IMG/VR virus record: IMGVR_UViG_3300008050_008852
Span: 64,009 to 128,008 of that record
Direction: 5' to 3' (one strand)
DNA length: 64,000 nt
From: a virus
A model generated the notes under the pieces. It was given only the letters and a program-made list of their open reading frames with translations, made no database searches and had not been told where the DNA came from. The position numbers and the translations under genes were made by a program. Positions 49,485 to 58,376 of the stretch are shown in pieces. Each line of letters opens with the position of its first letter. Positions within the stretch are counted from its first letter, which is position 1.

Positions 49485-52400
49485 ATGGCTGACGAAGAAA
49501 TCAATAATAAAAAAGCTACAGAGATTTATTATCCTGATGCTGATGGATCTGTCAAATGGTCAGATGATTTGCCTTCAGATGGTAGAAAAACTCTTGGTGA
49601 GTGGCTTAATAAATTAACTGAGACAAATATTGAGCCAGTGCCGCCGGCATCTGCCGACGCAACAATGGATATAGATAATAGTCAACATCCTTATGTCGAT
49701 CCTTCAAGCATTAAGACAGTATATAGTGAAACAGCTGCCGGCGTAGATATTAAGACAGATGTTGTTAAATTAGGGCCAGATGGCAACGCGTTAAAATTAT
49801 TGCATGACGTTACCCCAACCGCCGCCACTGAAGGCACTTATCTTGATCCAACAACACAAGGTACAGGTACAACACTTGGTAGAACATCTGAAGTATTAAC
49901 AAAGAATAGATTTTCTCCAGGTACATCATTTAAATCAACTGACGCTTGGGCAAACACCCAAAAACTGGATGGTTCTGGGCATGCCACCTCTAACGCTTCT
50001 TCTTTTGGTGTTTATGATAAAAAATTCTCTGCTTTAGCCATGACTGAACTTCAAGATGTTGCTGAACAATTATTGTTAAATGCTGTTGGTGATAAATCAT
50101 CACCATTTGGTGACAAAGATGCAGCGACGTTCGATACAGGCGCCGGCGGAATATTAGGAACACAACTTGGTATAAGCCGGGATAGCTATAGTGCTGATAC
50201 AGATTTTCGGCCAGCGCATGCTATACAAGCAGCCCGCGGCTCCGGAAGAACGGCTACCGATAATGTTAATGGCTCAATGCCAAAAAATGCCCCAGAAGAA
50301 GATTTAAGTGAAAACAAAGATTATAAACGTACATCCTTTGGTGTTTTAAACAATCATCTTGAACCATTTGCACCTGCCTTACCAACATCAATGATATTAC
50401 TTGCTGCCGTTGCTGCAATTACGGCTATTATAGCATCTATTGTTTTAGCGCTTATCATCGATGTCCTTGGTGCTGTTGTTTCGTTGATAAGTGGCAATGG
50501 TCTTGGTGGTGGTATGAGTCCAGATGCAACATATCAAATATTTGGTGATAGTAACGATCCGTCAAAATTATCAATGGGGGCTGCATTTGGCTCCAATGAT
50601 CATTCTGATAGTGGTTTATGGGCATCAATTTATAGACTCTTTAATTTACCACCTTTAGAAGCAGAGTATGATAGCTTTTTCTATTTTACGGCCGCTGCAA
50701 CTATTGGATCACTGGAATTTTTTATAGGTAATTCATTAAGTGGATCATTTATGATGCCACAAATACTTACAAATTCTGCAGGTTATTATGTTGTAGTTGT
50801 TAGAAACGCACTCCGGGATATGGAACAAATATCAGATGCTGCTAGTGATATGGGTGGAGGTGGAGTCACTGGTGCCATTGAAGGTTTCTTTGGTTTAATA
50901 GATGCCTTTACGTCAAGTGCTACATTTAAGTTTATGACAACAATGATTCAAATTGGTGATAGAATCATGACAGGCCCAAGTTTAAAACCGTCACGTGATA
51001 ATAATGGTCGTGTTATAGATGGAGTATTACGTGAAAATCAGTCCTCACCTACAATCATTACAGATCTTGGAAAAACAATTAGAATGAAAAGTGGCAATAG
51101 AAAATTATCATATGCCTTTTCGGTTCTACCACAAATATATTTACGTCCTACGGAAACCTTTGCCTATCATACATTAACACCTTCCGGAGATGCAAAAGAT
51201 CCATTTATGGATTCAAATGATGCAGAAATCGCCGGCGTAGCACAATTCGCTAAACAAGGCGTCCAGTCAACAGATGTGATCATATCAAAAGGTCTTGCTT
51301 TTGGCGGCGGTGAGAAACCTCCTGCATTTTGGAATAGATTAACATATATTGAAAATGGTAGAATCCCAACACGGTTTAGACAAGAGCTTGAAAACGAATT
51401 AGACGCATATTATATGCCATTTTATTTTCATGATTTAAGAACAAACGAGATAATTCCTTTACCAGCATTTGTATCAGCAATTTCAGACTCTTTTTCACCT
51501 AAATATTCTGAATCAACGTCATTTGGTAGAATGGATGCTGTACAGATATATGGTGGAACAACTCGAAAAATTGGATTTTCATTTTATATGGTTTCTACAA
51601 GCCCAGAAGATTATTCTGCACTTTATTATGGAATTAATAAGCTTGTTTCGCTTGTTTATCCACAATGGGGAGGAGGAACTGAAATAACCAATGCTGCCGG
51701 CGAGACCTTTCAAATTCCCTATAGTTATGTTCAAACCGCCTCTCCATTAATTCGTTTACGCTTAGGCGAATTATTTGCAAGTAATAGAACACCCGAAACA
51801 GTTCGTAGGCTGTTCGGTGCAAACATGCCATCATTTAGTGTTCCTGATCCGAATAAATCCGACGAACCTGCCCCACCGACCAAAACATACGCGGAACCTG
51901 GCACTACACCATTCTTTCCCGCCCATTTCGAAGCGATTGTTTCAGCCGGTCGAAGTGCCGCGATAGACCCTACAGTGTCAACACTTATTTTAGCTACGCA
52001 AGTAGCAAATGCTGGTGGTGAAGCAGTGTTGTATAATGGCTGTGCCCCCACCTGTGGTGGCGGTGAGGGAGACACCGCCATTTCCATCTCCGGTGGAGCG
52101 CAAAACCTGGACGGCGAATCGATTTTATTGCCAACTGGGATAAATGTATTATTACCAGTCGGTATTACACTCCCAGCAGTGGAATGGAACCTTGCTAGTT
52201 ATAAAAAATCTCGGTGGAGCAGTAGGGGTTCCAGAACGCTATCCGAGCCATGGTCTGCAAAAATAATAAATTATTATATGCGAGGAGCACCCCGAACAGC
52301 CCCAGGTGAGCCTCCAAAAGGTGGATATTTAAGAAATAAATTATACTACGTTGTTGAACTAAATGTTCCAGTCGTCCCGGAAGCAAAATGGCCTTATCTT

Positions 52401-52931
52401 ATTGTACCTATAGAAAGTGTTAGCTGGCCAGGCCGGGCAGCTCCTCTTGATCCCAATCCGCAAATATTACCAAACCCTATTCCTATACCACCAATTCCTG
52501 GAGCTCCACCACCTGATGCTGTACACACTGATTATCAATTTTTTGAAAATAATGTTATTGTTAAGACAATGGAAGAATCCGGCGGCGCCGGTATTGCTGG
52601 TGCAATTACATCACTTGATTTTGATTGGAACGAAGCGCCATGGGAAACCAGTGCTGCCCTTGGTAGAGCACCCAAATATGTAAAAGTCACATTATCATTT
52701 TCACCAATACACGACGAACCATTGGGACTTAATCCAGATGGTTCTCTCCGGGCTGCTGCATATCCTGTTGGAGATGTTATTGGCTCCATTATGGGTGAAA
52801 GGTTTGGTCTTCCAGGTCGATTACCAAGATCTGGCAAACTTGATGCGATAAAACAAGCTAGACAAATAATTGCGGATGCTGGTCTTCCTCCTCCGCCTCC
52901 ACCAGCCGCGGCTGAGGATGCGGAAGGGTAA
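49485..52931 (+). CDS. Baseplate/tail-tube initiator-type protein with a long N-terminal extension
   Basis: PFYFHDLRTNE..AFVSAISDSFSP..FGRMDAVQIY..TTRKIGFSF and PLIRLRLGE..AITSLDFDW..P.YVKVTLSFSPIHD are tube-fold patterns. Confidence 0.6.
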   Translation: MADEEINNKKATEIYYPDADGSVKWSDDLPSDGRKTLGEWLNKLTETNIEPVPPASADATMDIDNSQHPYVDPSSIKTVYSETAAGVDIKTDVVKLGPDGNALKLLHDVTPTAATEGTYLDPTTQGTGTTLGRTSEVLTKNRFSPGTSFKSTDAWANTQKLDGSGHATSNASSFGVYDKKFSALAMTELQDVAEQLLLNAVGDKSSPFGDKDAATFDTGAGGILGTQLGISRDSYSADTDFRPAHAIQAARGSGRTATDNVNGSMPKNAPEEDLSENKDYKRTSFGVLNNHLEPFAPALPTSMILLAAVAAITAIIASIVLALIIDVLGAVVSLISGNGLGGGMSPDATYQIFGDSNDPSKLSMGAAFGSNDHSDSGLWASIYRLFNLPPLEAEYDSFFYFTAAATIGSLEFFIGNSLSGSFMMPQILTNSAGYYVVVVRNALRDMEQISDAASDMGGGGVTGAIEGFFGLIDAFTSSATFKFMTTMIQIGDRIMTGPSLKPSRDNNGRVIDGVLRENQSSPTIITDLGKTIRMKSGNRKLSYAFSVLPQIYLRPTETFAYHTLTPSGDAKDPFMDSNDAEIAGVAQFAKQGVQSTDVIISKGLAFGGGEKPPAFWNRLTYIENGRIPTRFRQELENELDAYYMPFYFHDLRTNEIIPLPAFVSAISDSFSPKYSESTSFGRMDAVQIYGGTTRKIGFSFYMVSTSPEDYSALYYGINKLVSLVYPQWGGGTEITNAAGETFQIPYSYVQTASPLIRLRLGELFASNRTPETVRRLFGANMPSFSVPDPNKSDEPAPPTKTYAEPGTTPFFPAHFEAIVSAGRSAAIDPTVSTLILATQVANAGGEAVLYNGCAPTCGGGEGDTAISISGGAQNLDGESILLPTGINVLLPVGITLPAVEWNLASYKKSRWSSRGSRTLSEPWSAKIINYYMRGAPRTAPGEPPKGGYLRNKLYYVVELNVPVVPEAKWPYLIVPIESVSWPGRAAPLDPNPQILPNPIPIPPIPGAPPPDAVHTDYQFFENNVIVKTMEESGGAGIAGAITSLDFDWNEAPWETSAALGRAPKYVKVTLSFSPIHDEPLGLNPDGSLRAAAYPVGDVIGSIMGERFGLPGRLPRSGKLDAIKQARQIIADAGLPPPPPPAAAEDAEG

Positions 52932-53233
52932 TGGCTTTTTCTAGATATTCACGTGCACAAAGATCACAAAAGGATGGAAAGCGTTTTGTTTCAAGTTCGA
53001 GTGCTGGTAAAATAATTAAAAAAATGGTAGACTCAGGCCAATTAAAGACAAAAGATTTTGTATTATCAGATGGTCAACGGCTGGATATAGTTGCTGCAAA
53101 TTTTTATGGTGATGCTAAATATTGGTGGGTTATTGCAGCTGCATCTGGAATCGGTTGGCAGTGTCAAGTTCCAGCCGGCACATTATTAAAAATACCTGTT
53201 TCACTTCAAAAAATATTTGATATGGTTGGATAA
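52931..53233 (+). CDS. gp53: LysM-like baseplate wedge protein (gp53/gpX-like)
   Basis: GQRLDIVAANFYGDAKYWWVIAAAS..GTLLKIP. Confidence 0.8.
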   Translation: MAFSRYSRAQRSQKDGKRFVSSSSAGKIIKKMVDSGQLKTKDFVLSDGQRLDIVAANFYGDAKYWWVIAAASGIGWQCQVPAGTLLKIPVSLQKIFDMVG

Positions 53234-56200
53234 TGAGAAGAAATACTGCTAAGGCACTCGTTAATCTTGCTAGTTTTTTAAAACCCCAAAGGACCGATCT
53301 GATTGAACAGGAAGATTCAGGTGACGCACAACTTAAACTTATCTCCGATCAACTGTCCACTTTCAGCGGAGGAAGGGGCGTCGATGTCTATGAACATCTC
53401 CTTTCAGAACCTTTAAGCATAATTTTAGATCAAATTCTTGCCCCACAAGGTTTAAATCAAATAATATATGCATTTGATTTTATATCAAATTATTTACAAC
53501 CCGGTGCCATCGAGGAACGTTATGAACAAAATAGACAAACGTCTACATTGGATGGCCTTTCCGGGGGTGTCGACCAATTAGGGTACGATCACCAGCAACA
53601 CATTTTTAGTGGTATGTTGCAGAGCCCGGCTGGTGGGTTTATAATACATAATCACCAAGCAGTCTATGAAATGTATCCTCCCGCAAGTACAGGAGGTAAT
53701 GGGCAAACCCAAACTTTGCGAACCGAAAAAATCGTACTTGGTGATTATCAAAATCCAACAAAGGCAAATCCGACATTTGGTTATATTGCTATATTAGATC
53801 CAAGATTCAATTATAGCCGTACAGAATCAGAAATAGCCTCAACAATGACTAGAGCTATTCCAACGGTTGAGCTTAGCAAATGCGTTCCTTATTTTACTTT
53901 AAGCATTACATCAACTGCTTCTACACCAAACCAAGACGGTATTGTTTCGAATAATATGTCTTACAATAAATTTTTTGAAGGTGGTTTAACTAACGTTGAT
54001 GTTAATACCATGTCTGGTCTTCAAAGCTCTATAGTAACAGGTGAAGATGGCCTGCCCACGTCTGGATCTATGGATACATCAATTGGTATGGAGGCGTTTA
54101 CAGTGCCACAGTCAATTGTACCCATGGGACAACCTAATGATGCTTGGCAAGGTGATGCGTCCGGAAGATATAGTTCATATTCAAGTGTTGATAGGGCGCG
54201 CCCGTTTATGTCCGTAGATTCATTTAATGTTACTGAATCACCCACCCGTGCGGCTTCCTCAACCCAACGCGCAAAGATGACTATAACTGTTCATGATCGT
54301 GCTAGGCTTCGTGAGGTTGGTGATTTACTAAAACCTGCTACGTTAAATAGAGTTGAATTTACTGTTGAGTACGGTTGGTCACACCCTCAAGGTAGTGAAA
54401 TTCATAATAATGTCTATGGACAACTTATAAATTCAATGCGATCAAAAGGCACATATTCATTATCAAATTCTAGTTATTCATTTACAGATGATGGTCAAGT
54501 CAAGGTTACGCTTGATATGGTCTGTAAGGGCGCTGAATCTATTAACACAATTGATTGTGCTTTAACAGGACAGCTTGCTGTTTTGAGTGATGTTGTCGAA
54601 ACATCGTACGAAGCATTAGCCAAGGCCCGCGGTACGGTAGCGCACGAATTGAGATTGGATTGGGTTCAAGATTTAACTGCAACTCAACACATAAACACAA
54701 TGACGTTAGGTTCTGTTGGCTCAATGGTTTCTGGAGAAACAAAGGCCGCAATTGATGATTGGATTAGAAGGACTGGGGGGAGATCCTCACCTGCACATCT
54801 CCGCGACTTCTCCAGAATTCTTTCCACTCTTCGTACTGCAGCCACAAATATGTCACATGCTTTAATTGAAGATTTGACCCGAAAAGTAAGGGTACTTGAA
54901 CAAAAAAGTTATAACGATTGGCGGATTTTTACACACTCCAAGTTAGTAATCCCAGATCCGTCGATTAACGGCTTGACCTCCACCACCGATGACCCAGTCG
55001 TTCCATTATACAACGGTAGAGCCAATCAAGCACTTGAAACAAATTGGGATACTGGAAGAAATAAATATGCTCCACTTGGAGCACTCTTACAATTGTTTGT
55101 AGTTCATCCGCTTCATAATTCTGCCCAATATGATGAAGTACAATTGGTTACATACACGGCAAATTTAAATGCATCAATTTCGGCCGGCGCAAATCTTGGT
55201 GCAATACCAATTGATATAAAGGCAATTGATGACGACTCCAGTAAGACATTTCTTGAGATTCTTAAAAACGAATATAAAATAAACGGTGGTCAATATCCTA
55301 TTAATCGCTTTATACGTTTCGTTAACGAAACTTATATACAACCACACATGTCAGTCTGTTATGGCTTTAAGGCGGCTAATAATAAAACTGGAAGCTCTTT
55401 GCTTAGTTATGATAAAGATACTGGCGCAGTTGCATCTGATGCAATTGATGGAGCAACACAGGCTAAGATTTCAAAAGCACTTCGGGAATATTATTATAGA
55501 GAAGCTTTCGAAGGAGATGAATTTGATCCAAGGCCAACAACATTTAAACCAATTGATCTTAAAATTGTTTTTGATGTTTCAAAAGGAGATTCAAATGATA
55601 TAACTGCTACTACAGGTGTAAATACAACCACAAACTTTGGCGAAAAGACGGTTTTAAGAATTCATGTTTTTGATCAGGCATCTGGAGATAAACCTGGTGC
55701 AATGAATATTTTACGTGATAATATAAATAGAGGTATTATTATCCCCAGCGTCCCAAAAGAACCAGCCGGTGTAAGTCCACCAATCCGACATGTTTTGTGG
55801 GGAACCGATTTTGATTTTAATGATTCTCGTAAAATATGTCAGCAACTTGATCAAAACGGTATCCTTAAAGCAGAAGCATGGGAAAATCCTCAATCGATGA
55901 ATGAGCATGCCAGACAATCATTGACAAAGAGAAAAACGGATCTTACTGCTAAATTGGATCGTGACACCCTCACCACTCGCGAAAGAAGAAGATTTGAAGA
56001 ATATTTAGAGGTAATTAACGTAAGATTAGGTGGCATTTCTGGTCGGTCGCAGCCTGCTAGAGCATATAGTTTAGATGCCACTCCTCAAAGATTAATTGAT
56101 TATTGCGCTCAAGCAGCGCCAAATATAGTTTATGGTGAAGAAGGTACAGTTGTACAACAGATATCAATTAAATCAAAAACAAATTCTCGTCAAGCGTCTA

Positions 56201-57237
56201 TGTTTATGAGACGCGCCCTTGATGGAGGCGGTTCAGATAGCGATGTTAATAGAGGGGTACCGATGAGGATGATGCCGGCAGATATGGGAATTGATATGCT
56301 TGGTAATCCAAATATAAAATTTATGCAAAAATTCTTTATTAAGCTTGGCACTGGCACAAGTCTTGATAATTTATATGGTGTTTCTGGTTTAAGTCATAAT
56401 ATTACACCTGATAGTTTTAAAACAACTTTAAAATTAGTTTCTCAGGAATCGTATGGTATTTTTAATAGTCTCGTTTCAAATATTGACGATGTCAAGGCTG
56501 CAATTGATGCTTTAGAGCAAAAAATGACTGCCCAACGAAATAGACGCTGGGACGATGCCCGTGACGAGGGGTTGGAAAACGCGCTGGGCCGCCTCCAAAC
56601 CACTCTCGACAAAGCGCAGCAGTCCCTCACCACCGCGGAAAGAAACCTCCAAACAGCACAACGTGGTTTGAGATCTATGAAAAGTCAATCCGAGGAGCTG
56701 CTAATGCAATTCCATGCAATGTGGGAGAGGCATTATGCCTCGGTCCTGGCTTCGTACGAAGCCCCAGATGACCACTCCGGAGATGGCGGATGGGGTGGAG
56801 AAACCCCCGGGTACGAAGAGCTCGAGCCGCAGTGGGCGTTGATAGTCCAAAGATTGGGCTCGGCACTTAGCCAGGAATACAGGGCAATATATGAACAATG
56901 GAGACCTCATCTTCTGGCTGTGGGGGACGACCTAAGCTATGGAATCTGGAGCGCCGACGATTCATATTACAATACCATGTATACGGTCGGCGGGAATGGT
57001 GGGGCGTGGTTCGCGCTCTCTCCAGACGACTACGTAGGTAAAGAGATGGAAGAAGAACTCGCCGCCGCCCAAGCAAAGGTGGATGCGGATCAGACTGCAT
57101 ATACAACCGCAACAGAAAGGACTGTTGCCGACGAGCTCTCCCCGGAGGAGCTCGAGGATGTGGAACGAGCCCGAGCGGCTGGTCTTGAAGACGATGTGAA
57201 TATCGAAACCCAAACCGCCACCGCGGCAGCAGAATGA
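53233..57237 (+). CDS. Baseplate hub protein (gp27/gpD-like) with a C-terminal extension
   Basis: VEYGWSHP, IDMLGNPNIKFMQKFFI..YGVSGLSHNITPDSFKTTLKL are hub-like; follows the LysM gene. Confidence 0.6.
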   Translation: MRRNTAKALVNLASFLKPQRTDLIEQEDSGDAQLKLISDQLSTFSGGRGVDVYEHLLSEPLSIILDQILAPQGLNQIIYAFDFISNYLQPGAIEERYEQNRQTSTLDGLSGGVDQLGYDHQQHIFSGMLQSPAGGFIIHNHQAVYEMYPPASTGGNGQTQTLRTEKIVLGDYQNPTKANPTFGYIAILDPRFNYSRTESEIASTMTRAIPTVELSKCVPYFTLSITSTASTPNQDGIVSNNMSYNKFFEGGLTNVDVNTMSGLQSSIVTGEDGLPTSGSMDTSIGMEAFTVPQSIVPMGQPNDAWQGDASGRYSSYSSVDRARPFMSVDSFNVTESPTRAASSTQRAKMTITVHDRARLREVGDLLKPATLNRVEFTVEYGWSHPQGSEIHNNVYGQLINSMRSKGTYSLSNSSYSFTDDGQVKVTLDMVCKGAESINTIDCALTGQLAVLSDVVETSYEALAKARGTVAHELRLDWVQDLTATQHINTMTLGSVGSMVSGETKAAIDDWIRRTGGRSSPAHLRDFSRILSTLRTAATNMSHALIEDLTRKVRVLEQKSYNDWRIFTHSKLVIPDPSINGLTSTTDDPVVPLYNGRANQALETNWDTGRNKYAPLGALLQLFVVHPLHNSAQYDEVQLVTYTANLNASISAGANLGAIPIDIKAIDDDSSKTFLEILKNEYKINGGQYPINRFIRFVNETYIQPHMSVCYGFKAANNKTGSSLLSYDKDTGAVASDAIDGATQAKISKALREYYYREAFEGDEFDPRPTTFKPIDLKIVFDVSKGDSNDITATTGVNTTTNFGEKTVLRIHVFDQASGDKPGAMNILRDNINRGIIIPSVPKEPAGVSPPIRHVLWGTDFDFNDSRKICQQLDQNGILKAEAWENPQSMNEHARQSLTKRKTDLTAKLDRDTLTTRERRRFEEYLEVINVRLGGISGRSQPARAYSLDATPQRLIDYCAQAAPNIVYGEEGTVVQQISIKSKTNSRQASMFMRRALDGGGSDSDVNRGVPMRMMPADMGIDMLGNPNIKFMQKFFIKLGTGTSLDNLYGVSGLSHNITPDSFKTTLKLVSQESYGIFNSLVSNIDDVKAAIDALEQKMTAQRNRRWDDARDEGLENALGRLQTTLDKAQQSLTTAERNLQTAQRGLRSMKSQSEELLMQFHAMWERHYASVLASYEAPDDHSGDGGWGGETPGYEELEPQWALIVQRLGSALSQEYRAIYEQWRPHLLAVGDDLSYGIWSADDSYYNTMYTVGGNGGAWFALSPDDYVGKEMEEELAAAQAKVDADQTAYTTATERTVADELSPEELEDVERARAAGLEDDVNIETQTATAAAE

Positions 57238-57262
57238 ACAAACAAGCTTAACAATATATACT
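57235..57262 (+). promoter_or_regulatory. Putative sigma70-like early promoter TGAACA-N16-TATACT
   Basis: Hexamers at 57235-57240 and 57257-57262; similar elements precede recA, gp32 and gp26. Confidence 0.5.
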
Positions 57263-57269
57263 TCAAGTA

Positions 57270-58370
57270 ATGTATTATATCGATAAAGAATTTTTAGGTT
57301 TAGAACCTTCAACAAAATGCCGCATGTTGTGCGAAGACGGAACTCTAAATCCAGGTACAGTCGGCGCTTTTTTACAGATTGCCCACGTCAAAAACAATTT
57401 CATTCCAAGCGAAATTATTAATACACTTAGCGTTTGCAACATTCCAATCCATAAGGCCGGCCTAAGTTATTTAGTTAGAAAACAAGAATTAAACGATATT
57501 TTAGAACTTCACAAGCGTAATGTTGATATAGCGATTGGTGTAATGGGCGAATATATTAAAATATACTCAGACAATATTCATACATTAAATTCATGTTCGC
57601 CATGTAGATTTTTAACTACAGTTGAAGATATTGATATAACACCTGAAGGGTTTGCCGATCCGGTAAAGTACAATACAGTAACAAAGACTGGTCGAATGAG
57701 TGTAGTGTCTGGGCCAAGTTTCTTAACGATGAAAAAAGATACAAAATCTAAAATTATTTCCAGATTTCAGAATGGAAAAATAATTGAAATAGACTTTTCC
57801 GCGCTTGAACCAAGAACGGCTTTAGCTATAGCTGGTTCTGAATTTGCTGAATCTGACGATGTGTATGCCGTTGTTGGTGATATCCTTGGCATCAATAGTA
57901 GGCCAGTTGCAAAGCAAGCCACTATATCATTTCTATATGGTGCAAACATTACAACGATATCGAAGCTTATAGATATGCCTCTCAAGTCACTTCGTCCAAA
58001 GTTGAATTATTTAAAACAAATATTTAAGTATGACGAAATAATTTCTAAAATTCATGCCGAATTAAAAGCAAATGCATATTTTAAAAATCATTTTGGTAGA
58101 GTAATTTTTCCAGATTCAAATCGCGATGGGGTACTATTTAATAACTTCTGCCAGTCATCCGCAGTGGACGTTGCATTAAGTGGTTTTGCTTCATTGCTTA
58201 AACAAATCAAGGATAAAAATATGAATACTTGTAATGTATGTTTTATTCATGATGCTGTGTTGCTAGATGTTCCAGAAAGTGAAATTGAGGCATTGAAATT
58301 GATGGCAACGAAATTACCTACACGCTTAGGGATTAATTTTCCTGTAAAGCTCAAAATTGTTGATAATTAA
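57270..58370 (+). CDS. polA: Minimal family A DNA polymerase (polymerase domain only)
   Basis: TGRMS, motif A EIDFSALEPR, motif B RPVAKQATISFLYG, NNFCQSSAVD, motif C FIHDAVLLD. Confidence 0.8.
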   Translation: MYYIDKEFLGLEPSTKCRMLCEDGTLNPGTVGAFLQIAHVKNNFIPSEIINTLSVCNIPIHKAGLSYLVRKQELNDILELHKRNVDIAIGVMGEYIKIYSDNIHTLNSCSPCRFLTTVEDIDITPEGFADPVKYNTVTKTGRMSVVSGPSFLTMKKDTKSKIISRFQNGKIIEIDFSALEPRTALAIAGSEFAESDDVYAVVGDILGINSRPVAKQATISFLYGANITTISKLIDMPLKSLRPKLNYLKQIFKYDEIISKIHAELKANAYFKNHFGRVIFPDSNRDGVLFNNFCQSSAVDVALSGFASLLKQIKDKNMNTCNVCFIHDAVLLDVPESEIEALKLMATKLPTRLGINFPVKLKIVDN

Positions 58371-58376
58371 TAACAA

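Noticed and set aside
31455-57237. Bacterial extracellular contractile injection system or tailocin locus
   Set aside because: Terminase, portal, protease, MCP, neck and replication genes are contiguous, so this is a phage tail module.
56520-57237. Diversity-generating retroelement target region
   Set aside because: No reverse transcriptase and no template/variable repeat pair with adenine-specific mismatches was seen in the window.
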